Assembly (NCBI GenBank): GCA_035948415.1
Contig: DASZJD010000080.1
Span: forward strand, 2,306-66,305
Length of the DNA: 64,000 nucleotides
Source: Acidimicrobiia bacterium
GTDB lineage: Bacteria > Actinomycetota > Acidimicrobiia > IMCC26256 > PALSA-555
Reading direction: 5' to 3'
Numbering within the stretch: position 1 is the stretch's first letter; each line of letters begins with the position of its first letter. A program made the position numbers and the translations under genes. The notes beneath the pieces are model-generated. The model was not told the origin of the DNA. It searched no databases and saw only the letters and a program-made list of their open reading frames with translations. Of the stretch, positions 1 through 8,292 are shown piece after piece.

Positions 1-154
1 TCGGCCCTGCACGACCCGCGCAGTGGAAGGCCGGCGTGCTCGCCGCCCACAACTATGGATTTCCTGGATGACATCCATCGAGCTGGTCGCTCACGATGGG
101 CGTGGACGCACGCAACAGGCGTGCGAAGTCTGAGCCCCAAACCGGAGGATCCGC

Positions 155-772
155 ATGACGAGCGACACACGCCGGGACCCGATCACGGACCATCTTCTGA
201 CGCCAAAGAATGCGGCCCTCGTCGTGATCGACTACCAGCCGACCCAAGTCCAAGCGGTCAAGTCGGTCGACCAAGAGCTATTGGTCGACAACATTGTCTC
301 GGTGGCGCGCCTGGCGCGGACCTTCGACCTACCCGTGGTGCTCTCGACCGTCCAGGTGGCCAGCGGCCGCGAGGCGCCAACGATCCCCGAGCTGAAGGCG
401 GTCCTCTCTGACTGCCCCGAGATCGACCGTACGATGATGAACTCCTGGGAGGACACCGAGTTCCGCCAGGCCGTCGAGGCAACGGGCCGGCGGAGGCTGA
501 TCATGACGGCGCTGTGGACCGAGATCTGCCTTGCCTTCCCGACGCTCGACGCCCTGCGCGACGGCTTCGAGGTCTACCCGGTGGTCGACGCCGTGGGCGG
601 GACGTCGACGGAGGCCCACCGTGCCGGAATTGATCGCATCGTCCAGGCGGGCGCGCACCCCATCAGTTGGGTCGGTCTCGCAGGCGAACTCCAACGGGAC
701 TGGGCGCGCACCGAGACTGTCGCCGACGTTGTCGACATCGTGCTGACCACCCGCCTGCTCGCCAACGCGTGA
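155..772 (+). CDS. isochorismatase-family cysteine hydrolase
   Basis: 205-aa ORF with 'ALVVIDYQ' and 'ALWTEICL' motifs typical of the isochorismatase/nicotinamidase-like fold. Recognised by eye only. Confidence 0.75.
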   Translation: MTSDTRRDPITDHLLTPKNAALVVIDYQPTQVQAVKSVDQELLVDNIVSVARLARTFDLPVVLSTVQVASGREAPTIPELKAVLSDCPEIDRTMMNSWEDTEFRQAVEATGRRRLIMTALWTEICLAFPTLDALRDGFEVYPVVDAVGGTSTEAHRAGIDRIVQAGAHPISWVGLAGELQRDWARTETVADVVDIVLTTRLLANA

Positions 773-793
773 CCGAGACGGAAGGTAACAGGC

Positions 794-1042
794 ATGAAGA
801 TCGCATTGACCGGTGCAACCGGGTTCATGGGGTCCCACGTCCTCGCGGAGCTGCTTTCGCACGGGCACGAGGTCGTTGCCCTTGTCCGCGACGACGCTGA
901 AGCAGCGGGTGTCGCGGCCCGGGGCACTAGTCCGGCCGTGGTCGACCTCTACGACCGACCCGCGGTCGTCAAGCTGTTCACCGACGCGCACGGCGCCGTC
1001 CACACGGCAAGCCCAGGTGACTGGAGTAGCCGTCGCGACTAG
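794..1042 (+). pseudogene. N-terminal fragment of an NAD(P)-binding epimerase/dehydratase-like (Rossmann) protein
   Basis: 'MKIALTGATGFMGSHV' is a GxxGxxG Rossmann start, but the ORF stops after 82 aa at '...HTASPGD'. Full-length members are roughly 300 aa, and no continuation is visible in any frame. Confidence 0.55.
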
Positions 1043-1159
1043 AGCAGACAGCAGCCACGAGGGTGGAGTTGGCATTCGCGAGCGCGAGTGCCGTGTGCTC
1101 CCGTGTGTGCCCTACACGACAGTCACTGCCGACTGTGGACGACCCGAAGGGAGTGTTCA

Positions 1160-1600
1160 ATGGCCAGCGCTGAGCAACTCGAGGCTCACAAGAAGATCGC
1201 CCGCGACTACATCGACCAAGTATTCAATCAGCACAACCCCGGAAAGGCGGTCGACTTTGTTACAGACGACGTCATCTGGCACGGCAACAGTCTCGGCGAC
1301 ATCGCCGGCGCGGACAATCTTGCGGGGTTATTGAACTCATTCATTGGAGCGTTGCCAGACTTACATGCGGCTGAGCAAGACATCGTCGCGGAAAATGACC
1401 TAGTCGTCATTCGACTGATCGTCACCGCCACCGTCAAGGGAACACTCCTCGGCGTGCCCGCTGACGGAAAGCCGGTTGAGTGGAGCGCCGTGGACATCTA
1501 CCGCGTGAGTGACGGCAAGATCAGCGAAGAATGGGCCGCGGACGACATCGCGACGATCATGACGCAGATCGGCGCTTTCAAGCCGCCCTGGCTGGCCTGA
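1160..1600 (+). CDS. SnoaL-like / ester-cyclase-like NTF2-fold protein
   Basis: Internal ATG at 1160 of ORF 1088..1600, preceded by 'gaaggga'. The sequence 'KKIARDYIDQVFNQHNPGKAVDFVTDDVIWHG...' is typical of SnoaL-like polyketide-cyclase-fold proteins. Confidence 0.65.
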   Translation: MASAEQLEAHKKIARDYIDQVFNQHNPGKAVDFVTDDVIWHGNSLGDIAGADNLAGLLNSFIGALPDLHAAEQDIVAENDLVVIRLIVTATVKGTLLGVPADGKPVEWSAVDIYRVSDGKISEEWAADDIATIMTQIGAFKPPWLA

Positions 1601-1737
1601 CAGCCGGCTGTGCCAGCCGTCGGGTTCGCCGATCCGAACGAGTTAACCCGCCGCGCCAGCTCGGCACTGAACGATCCAACCGAAGCTCCGACAGGGCCAT
1701 CGCCGAGGGCCCGCAGGCGTTCCTCGACAACCTTGGA

Positions 1738-1974
1738 ATGATGTTCACTCGCTGGGAGAAGCAGGCCTTCAACGTCACCACGATGTTCGGCTCGAAGGAG
1801 GACGTTGCTGTGTTCGGCGACTTCCGCTACAAGTCGCACTTGCTGGGCAAGGTCGTGAGCTCTCCCTTCTCGATCCTCGTGAAGGTGGTCGACGGGCAGG
1901 TGACCTATCTCCAGTTCCAAGAGGACTCGTACGGAGGGTGGCACCGCCTTGGAACGGAGGACGCGAACCCGTGA
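1738..1974 (+). CDS. small NTF2-like protein (N-terminus uncertain, possibly truncated)
   Basis: The C-terminal part of ORF 1531..1974 ('FGDFRYKSHLLGKVVSSPFSILVKVVDGQVTYLQFQEDS') looks like the C-terminal sheet of an NTF2-like fold. Its stop overlaps the MFS start as GTGA at 1971-1974. The upstream part of the ORF is Arg-rich and unconvincing. Confidence 0.4.
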   Translation: MMFTRWEKQAFNVTTMFGSKEDVAVFGDFRYKSHLLGKVVSSPFSILVKVVDGQVTYLQFQEDSYGGWHRLGTEDANP

Positions 1975-3512
1975 GCGGCACCAGTGAGCGCGCGACGGCC
2001 ACCACCAATCCCTGGCTGGTGGTCGTCATCGTGTGCGTGGCGCAGTTCATGGTCGTCTTGGACGCGACGATCGTGAACGTGGCGTTGCCGTCGATCCAGC
2101 GTGGCCTGCGTATGAGCCCGTCGAGTCTGCAATGGGTGATCACCATGTACACGCTGATTTTCGGCGGCTTCATTTTGTTGGGCGGGCGCGCCGGTGACCT
2201 GATCGGGCGGAAGCGGGTGTTCGGCGCCGGGATCCTGCTGTTCTCGGGGGCCTCGCTGTTGAACGGCCTTGCCCAGTCATCGGGGATCTTGATCGCCGGT
2301 CGGGGGCTACAAGGGCTCGGGGGCGCATTGCTCGCGCCGGCCGTGCTGGCGATCATCACGACGACCTTCGCCGACGCCAAGGATCGCGCCACGGCGCTGG
2401 CGATTTGGAGCGGGATCGCCGCCGGCGGCGGCGCCGTGGGTCTCCTGCTGGGCGGCATCCTGACCGATCTCGCTTCGTGGCGATGGGTCTTCTTCGTCAA
2501 CGTGCCCGTCGGCGCCGCTCTTGCGATCGCGACGGCACGGTACGTCCCCGAATCCCGAGCCCAGCTGGGACACCGGACGTTCGATCTGCCCGGAGCGGCA
2601 GCGGTCACCGGCGGTCTGCTCGCGCTCGTGTTCGGGATCGTGGAATCGAACACGTACGGATGGGGCTCGACCCGCACAACGGTGTCCTTGGCGGTGGCCG
2701 TCGCGTTGCTCGCGGCATTCCTGGCGATCGAGTCGCGGAGCCCGGCGCCACTCGTGCGACTCGGCATCTTCCGGCTACGCAGCCTCGCGGCCGCGGACCT
2801 CACGCTCCTGCTCGCTTCAGCCGCAGTGTTCTCGACGTTCTTCTTCGTCTCGCTCTACCTGCAGCAGATCCTCCGGTACAGCCCGCTGCGCGCGGGCGTC
2901 GCGTTCCTTCCGCTCTCGGCAGGAATCGCAACGGGCGCCGTCGTGGCGCGCAAGGTGGTCCCCCGCCTCGGCGTTCGCGTCGTGCCCCTGATCGGACTCG
3001 CGCTCGCGACCGGCGGCATGATTGTCCTCACCCAGCTCCCCGTGCACGGAAGCTACGCGTCCGATCTCCTCACCGGCCTGCTTCCCATCGGCCTCGGCTT
3101 GGGACTCACATTTGTTCCCATCACCTTGGCCGAGACGAGTGAAGTGAGCCCTCAAGATGCCGGGCTCGCATCCGGGTTGCTCAACACCGCCCAGCAGGTC
3201 GGGGGGTCAATCGGGTTGGCGGTGCTCGCGACCCTCGCCGCGAGCCGGACCTCGAGCCTGCTCCACAGCCCCGTGGGTCTCGGCTCTGTTCCGGCCGCGC
3301 GAGTTTCCGGCTTCCACGTCGCGTTCACCGCCGCCGCCGTACTGCTCGGCGCGGCCTGGACCGTCGTGGCGCTGGGCCTGAGAACCGCCCGGGCCCGTGC
3401 GCCCGGACCGGTCGAGGTGGCGCCTGATGCCGCCGCCCGAGCGGTCGGATGCGCACAGTGCGCGCCCGTGCTGATCGGCGTCGGCGAACAGCAGACCGCT
3501 ACTTCCGTCTGA
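1971..3512 (+). CDS. MFS transporter, DHA2 (EmrB/QacA-like, 14-TMS type) drug:H+ antiporter
   Basis: 'FMVVLDATIVNVALPSIQRGL' N-terminal signature, many hydrophobic segments and a length of about 513 aa. Start set at GTG 1971, in frame with ORF 1938..3512. Confidence 0.85.
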   Translation: MSGTSERATATTNPWLVVVIVCVAQFMVVLDATIVNVALPSIQRGLRMSPSSLQWVITMYTLIFGGFILLGGRAGDLIGRKRVFGAGILLFSGASLLNGLAQSSGILIAGRGLQGLGGALLAPAVLAIITTTFADAKDRATALAIWSGIAAGGGAVGLLLGGILTDLASWRWVFFVNVPVGAALAIATARYVPESRAQLGHRTFDLPGAAAVTGGLLALVFGIVESNTYGWGSTRTTVSLAVAVALLAAFLAIESRSPAPLVRLGIFRLRSLAAADLTLLLASAAVFSTFFFVSLYLQQILRYSPLRAGVAFLPLSAGIATGAVVARKVVPRLGVRVVPLIGLALATGGMIVLTQLPVHGSYASDLLTGLLPIGLGLGLTFVPITLAETSEVSPQDAGLASGLLNTAQQVGGSIGLAVLATLAASRTSSLLHSPVGLGSVPAARVSGFHVAFTAAAVLLGAAWTVVALGLRTARARAPGPVEVAPDAAARAVGCAQCAPVLIGVGEQQTATSV

Positions 3513-3693
3513 GCTTCCCTCAGGTTGGCGCACATCATCGAGCCTGAGCTCTGGTCGGACAAGGGGAGTCACCGAGGCTGAGATTCGACTTGGCGACGAG
3601 AATGCGCGTCGGTGCTCTGGGCCCTTCAGGACTCGCGGGCTGACCTGGGCTATCGCCAACGCGTCCTACAAGAAGCAGCGACGCAACAAGGAC

Positions 3694-3802
3694 ATGACCG
3701 AGATCGTCAAAATGAAGGGGGCGGGGCCACTCCCTGACGATCGACAGCGGCTGGCAGGAGGTCGCCGAGACCGCCCTCAAGTTCGTCAAGCGGTTCGTCT
3801 AA
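3694..3802 (+). pseudogene. frameshifted 3' relic of an alpha/beta-hydrolase-like gene
   Basis: One frame reads 'DMTEIVKMKGAG' and the next frame reads 'GHSLTIDSGWQEVAETALKFVKRFV*'. They join across the G-run at about 3718-3727. The joined 'KGAGHSL...FVKRFV' resembles the catalytic-His C-terminus of alpha/beta hydrolases. No upstream body is visible. Confidence 0.3.
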
Positions 3803-3982
3803 CTGTCCGGCGATCCACGGCGCGATCGGGCTTTTCCGTCGTCTTCTCAGAGGCAGTCGCCGACTAAGCAGAGTCGAGTCGGTGCTTGCACCGCGACATC
3901 GTCGCAGCGAGGTGTAGCAATTTGTCCGCCATGGCCTCGGAGGTCAAAGGCCAACGGGGTTACTCGCAAGAGAGGAGAGGTT

Positions 3983-4420
3983 ATGGAGCCCGCGACAGGT
4001 ACACCGGAGGCGGACGCTGTCGAGTTCCTCGAGCGGTGTCATGACGCCCTAAGGCAGCACACGGGCGGTGACCCGCGGCCATACCTCGCGCTTTGGTCTC
4101 AAGCTGAAGACGTTTCGCTCATGGGAGGGGTGGGCGGTCACCAGGTCGGGATTGCCGCGGTGCGTGAGCTTCTGACGGCGACGGCCAAGACGCTCAACTA
4201 CACGACGTGGAGCGCAGAGACCCTCGTCGCCTACTTCGGCGATCCGCTCGGTTTCACCGTCGAACTCGAGCGGCTCACTCGGCAGATCGACAATGAGATG
4301 GAGGAGATGTCACTGAGAGCGACGTCCGTCTACCGTAGAGAGGAAGGCGCCTGGAAGGTCATCCACCGTCACGGTGACGGTCTCATGACGGTCGAGATCG
4401 ATCCCGAGGGCAGACGCTGA
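3983..4420 (+). CDS. SnoaL-like/DUF4440-like NTF2-fold protein
   Basis: 145-aa ORF preceded by 'gagaggagagg'. The ending '...EGAWKVIHRHGD' is typical of ketosteroid-isomerase-like NTF2 proteins. Confidence 0.6.
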   Translation: MEPATGTPEADAVEFLERCHDALRQHTGGDPRPYLALWSQAEDVSLMGGVGGHQVGIAAVRELLTATAKTLNYTTWSAETLVAYFGDPLGFTVELERLTRQIDNEMEEMSLRATSVYRREEGAWKVIHRHGDGLMTVEIDPEGRR

Positions 4421-4866
4421 ACACACCGGCTTCGCCTCCGTGCCGCAACTCGAGTCGGGTCTTTCGAGGCGCCATGGAAGGGCACCTCGGGGCGATGGCC
4501 ATCGTCAACATGTCTGCGCGTTGGGGGACGGTCCAACCCGGCCTCGCGCCGCCTCAGAAGCGTCGCTCTGTCGAGCTGCTCGCCGCAACGATCCGACCGC
4601 GGCGAACTTGTGGTCGGCAGGGGCCCGGGCTCCAGTCGCACCGGTGAGCGGACGCCCACCAGCCCCAAATAGCCTCTGCAGCCTCGCGGTCAACTTCGCG
4701 ACGACTATGGGTGTAGATCGACGAGAGCCCAGACACGCTCAGCTCGCAGACATCACCCGGATGGTCCCGGCAATTGATGGGCACATGATGGGCAAGCCCC
4801 CATCATTCGGCCCGCCGACACGCCCAAGCCAGGAACCGAAATGGCCCCTGAGCAGGGAACCCGTCT

Positions 4867-4941
4867 TGGAGGCGGCGGTGGGAATTGAACCCACGTCCAG
4901 GGTTTTGCAGACCCTTGCCTGGGCCACTCGGCTACGCCGCC
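4867..4941 (-). tRNA. tRNA-Cys (anticodon GCA), CCA encoded
   Basis: Hand-folded cloverleaf from the reverse complement GGCGGCGTAGCCGAGTGGCCCAGGCAAGGGTCTGCAAAACCCTGGACGTGGGTTCAATTCCCACCGCCGCCTCCA. It has a 7-bp acceptor stem, a 5-bp anticodon stem with loop CTGCAAA (anticodon GCA), a 5-bp T stem with loop TTCAATT, and a 3' CCA. Confidence 0.9.
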
Positions 4942-5018
4942 GACGCGCCGCCTGAGACGAGCGGCGGACCGCCGAGGCTAGCGCTTTACTGCGCCGGCTC
5001 GGCTGCCGATCCAAGGAC

Positions 5019-5954
5019 GTGGCCGGTCCCGTCGCGATGGTTGAGCTCGCGGACGTCCGGCGGACTTTTGGCGCCGTGGTCGCCGTCGAGGCGCTCAGCT
5101 TGCGGGTGCCGGCAGGGTCGGTCACCGTGCTCCTGGGACCCAACGGCGCCGGCAAGACGACGGTCGTGCGCCTAGTGACCGGGGCGCTGGCGTCGCACGG
5201 CGGGAGCATCCGCGTCCTCGGGTTGGACCCAGCCAGCCGCGACGGCTCCACCGTGCGCCGGCGGTGCGGCGTGGTCCCGGCACGGCCCGCCCTCTACGAC
5301 CGGCTGACCGGCTACGACAACCTCCGCTACAGCGCGCAGCTGTTCGAGGTTCCGAAGGACCGCATCGACGAGCGCATCAGCGATTCCGCCGAGCGCTTCG
5401 GGATCGAGGCGGCCCTCGACACGCGAGTCGGCGCGTACTCGACCGGCATGCGCGCACGACTCGCGCTCGCTCGGGCGGTGCTCCACGAGCCCGACCTCCT
5501 GCTGCTCGACGAGCCGACCGCAGGGCTGGATCCGGAATCGGCTCGGGCCGTCCTCGGCCTCATCGACGATCTCGCCACGCGTGGCAAGGCCGTGTTGATG
5601 TGCACGCACCTCCTCCTCGAGGCCGAGGGCCTCGCCGATGAGGTCGTCGTGCTCGACCACGGTCGGGCGCTCGTCTCCGGCTCCCCGGAGCAGCTGACGC
5701 GCCGCTACTGGCCCGCCGCCCGCGTGCTCGTCGACGCCGACGATCCCACCGTCCTCGATGGCGCACGGAACCTGCCGTTCGTCCGCTCCTACGACCGCAA
5801 CGGGGCTGCGACCGTCGAGCTGACCGACCTGGGCCACGTCCCCGACCTCGTGGACGCGCTCGTCGCGGCGGGCGCCCGCCTGCGCCGGGTGGAGCCGCAG
5901 ACGCCGACGCTCGAGCAGCTCTACTTCGCGATCCGACGGGAGTCTCAGCCATGA
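5019..5954 (+). CDS. ABC transporter ATP-binding protein (ABC-2 type system)
   Basis: Walker A 'GPNGAGKTT', signature 'YSTGMRARL' and Walker B 'LLLLDEP'. The exact start is uncertain (alternative 'MVELADV'). Confidence 0.85.
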   Translation: MAGPVAMVELADVRRTFGAVVAVEALSLRVPAGSVTVLLGPNGAGKTTVVRLVTGALASHGGSIRVLGLDPASRDGSTVRRRCGVVPARPALYDRLTGYDNLRYSAQLFEVPKDRIDERISDSAERFGIEAALDTRVGAYSTGMRARLALARAVLHEPDLLLLDEPTAGLDPESARAVLGLIDDLATRGKAVLMCTHLLLEAEGLADEVVVLDHGRALVSGSPEQLTRRYWPAARVLVDADDPTVLDGARNLPFVRSYDRNGAATVELTDLGHVPDLVDALVAAGARLRRVEPQTPTLEQLYFAIRRESQP

Positions 5955-6778
5955 CCAGCCGCGCCCCCTCTCGGGCGCTCGTGATCGCCCGCACCGACCT
6001 CCGCCAGCTCCGGCAGTCTCGCGACTTCTGGGTCCCCCTGGCGATCATCGCGGGCCTCTTCTTCGTCGTGCTGCCGGCCGTGCTCCTCCTGCTCATCACC
6101 CATGTGTCCGACGTGCACCTCGTGAAGCAGCTCAGTGACATCGTCGGCAGCCTGCCGAAGCAGCTCCGTGCCCGCGTCAAGGGCGCGCCCGGACCCGCTC
6201 AGGCTTCCTACGCCCTCGCGGTCTACCTGTTCGCGCCGCTCGCCATCATCGTCCCGTTGACCGTGTCGTCGGCCGTCGGGGCCAACACCGTGATCGGCGA
6301 GCGCGAGCGCGGCAGCGGCGAGTTCCTCGCCCACTCCCCCGCCCACGAGCGCGAGATCTACGTGGGCAAGCTCATCGCCAGCCTCGTTCCCGGCTACCTC
6401 GCCGCCGCGGTGGGCTTCGCCTGCTACTCGCTCGTCGTCAACCTGACCGTGGGTCCCAAGGTCGGCGGCTGGTTCTTCCCGACCCGGAACTGGTGGATCC
6501 TCGTCCTGTGGGTGCTGCCCCCCTTCATCGCCCTCGCGTTGGCGGTGATCCTGGCGATCTCGGCGAAGGTGTCCAGCGCCGCCGCCGCGCAGCAGGCCTC
6601 CGCGCTCGTGACGCTGCCGCTGATCCTCGTCGCCTACACCGTGGCCAGCGGCACGCTCTTCCGCGCCGAGGCGGTGGCGTTGGTGGTCGGCGCGCTGGCG
6701 TGGATCGCCGCGTTCGTGGCGCTGTGGCGGGGGTCGCGCGCGGTCCAGCGGGAGCGCCTGCTGGGGATGGGCGGGTAG
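5951..6778 (+). CDS. ABC-2 type transporter permease
   Basis: ATGA overlap with the upstream ATPase. The 275-aa product has about six hydrophobic segments. Confidence 0.7.
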   Translation: MTSRAPSRALVIARTDLRQLRQSRDFWVPLAIIAGLFFVVLPAVLLLLITHVSDVHLVKQLSDIVGSLPKQLRARVKGAPGPAQASYALAVYLFAPLAIIVPLTVSSAVGANTVIGERERGSGEFLAHSPAHEREIYVGKLIASLVPGYLAAAVGFACYSLVVNLTVGPKVGGWFFPTRNWWILVLWVLPPFIALALAVILAISAKVSSAAAAQQASALVTLPLILVAYTVASGTLFRAEAVALVVGALAWIAAFVALWRGSRAVQRERLLGMGG

Positions 6779-6823
6779 CCGGTCCGGGACGCCCGGGCTC
6801 GGCCGCCTCCTCGGACCGGGCAA

Positions 6824-6842
6824 GGGCCGCGGTCCGCGGCCC
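6824..6842 (+). terminator. GC hairpin downstream of the ABC permease (possible factor-independent terminator without a U-tract)
   Basis: GGGCCGCG-GTC-CGCGGCCC forms a perfect 8-bp stem with a 3-nt loop, 46 nt after the stop at 6778. No T-run follows. Confidence 0.3.
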
Positions 6843-6885
6843 CGGGCCGGGTCGATGACCTGAACCTCCGCGTAGCATCGAGACC

Positions 6886-8292
6886 GTGACCGGGGGCGTG
6901 CAGCTGTTGGCAGTGGGTGCCGCCGCGCCGAGCTGGCGCCTGCCGGCCGCCGACGTCGCCGCCGCGTGGGGCCGGGCGGGCGGCTCGGGCCACACCGCCG
7001 TCTGCGCCCCCGACGAGGACACCCTGACCCTGGCCGCCGAGGCCGCCGGCCGAGCCCTGGCCGTGTCGGGCCTGCAGACCGACATCGTCGACGGCCTGTG
7101 GTGGGGCACGACCCGTCCGCCGTTCGCGGAGGGGCCCAGCCACGCCGTGCTCGCCCGGGCCGTCGGGCTCTCCCACCGCTCCGGCGGCGCCCTGTGCTCG
7201 GGGTCGTCCCACGCCGGCCTCGAGGCGCTGCTCGGCGCCGCCGACGCGGTCGGCGCCGGGACGGCTCGGGTGGCGCTCGTCGTGGTCTCGGACGCCATCG
7301 TCCCCGGCCTCGGGACGCCGTTCGAGGCCCGGTCCGGCGCCGGCGCCGCCGCCCTGGTCCTCGTCTCCCACGGCGGCGCCGCCACGCTCGGCCCGCGGGT
7401 CACGCGCACCCACCCGTACCTCGACCGGTACCGGGGCGACGGCGAGCCCGCGACCCGGGACCTCTACGACAGCCGGCTGTTCCGCGAGGAGATCTTCCTC
7501 CCCACGATGCGGGAGCTCGGCGCCCAGCTCGGCGCCCTGGCGGTCGACCGCTGGTCGCTGCCCGACCCGGACGGGCGTCTCGGCGCCACCCTGGCCCGCC
7601 AGGTCGGGGCGGGCACACCGGCCTCGGCGGGGGTGTACGCGGCCGTCGGCGACAGCGGCGCCGCCGCCGCGCTCCTCGGTGGGCTCGCCGCCCTCGACGC
7701 CGCCGGGACCGTCGGGCTGATCGGCTGGGGCGGAGGTCGCGCCACCGGGGTGGCGATCACCGCCCGGGAGCCGGTCCGGGGCGCCGCTCGCGTCCCCGCC
7801 GCCATCAGCGGGGGGCGCACCGTCACCTACGCCGAGGTCCTGCGCGCCCGCGGGCAGCTGGTGTCCTCGGGCGAGACGGTCCCGATGGGCGTCCCACCCG
7901 AGAGCGCCCAGTTCGTGCGCGGCGCCGACGAGATGCTCGGGCTGCTCGGCGCCCGCTGCGTCGACTGCGGGACGATCAACACGCCGCCGTCGATCCATCC
8001 CCACTGCATCAGCTGCGGGAGCGCGAAGTTCGTCCTCGAGCCGCTCGCCCGGCGCGGCCGCGTCCACACCTTCGTCGTGAACCACACCATGCCCGCCCCG
8101 TTCGTCGCCCCCCTCCCCCTGGCCGTGATCGACCTCGACGACGGGGCTCGGGTCATGCTGCAGGTCACCGAGCCCGCCGAGACCCTGGCGCTCGGGAGCT
8201 CGGTCGAGCTGCTCGTCCGGCGCTACGCGCACGAGCGCGGCGCCCCGGTCTACGGCTACAAGGCCCGCCCGGTGAGCACGGAGGCATCATGA
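6886..8292 (+). CDS. thiolase-fold (HMG-CoA-synthase/KAS-III-like) domain fused to a C-terminal DUF35 Zn-ribbon/OB-fold domain
   Basis: The N-terminal roughly 320 aa are thiolase-fold-like ('GGALCSGSSHAGLEAL'). The C-terminus has 'CVDCGTINTPPSIHPHCISCGSAKF' (4-Cys ribbon) followed by OB-like 'GRVHTFVVNH...LAVIDLDDGARVMLQV'. ATGA overlap with the next gene. Confidence 0.7.
   Translation: MTGGVQLLAVGAAAPSWRLPAADVAAAWGRAGGSGHTAVCAPDEDTLTLAAEAAGRALAVSGLQTDIVDGLWWGTTRPPFAEGPSHAVLARAVGLSHRSGGALCSGSSHAGLEALLGAADAVGAGTARVALVVVSDAIVPGLGTPFEARSGAGAAALVLVSHGGAATLGPRVTRTHPYLDRYRGDGEPATRDLYDSRLFREEIFLPTMRELGAQLGALAVDRWSLPDPDGRLGATLARQVGAGTPASAGVYAAVGDSGAAAALLGGLAALDAAGTVGLIGWGGGRATGVAITAREPVRGAARVPAAISGGRTVTYAEVLRARGQLVSSGETVPMGVPPESAQFVRGADEMLGLLGARCVDCGTINTPPSIHPHCISCGSAKFVLEPLARRGRVHTFVVNHTMPAPFVAPLPLAVIDLDDGARVMLQVTEPAETLALGSSVELLVRRYAHERGAPVYGYKARPVSTEAS

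Noticed and set aside
4440-4955. 171-aa plus-strand ORF crossing the tRNA-Cys
   Set aside because: It runs antisense through the tRNA gene and has an Arg/Pro/Ala-rich composition, so it is an artefact.
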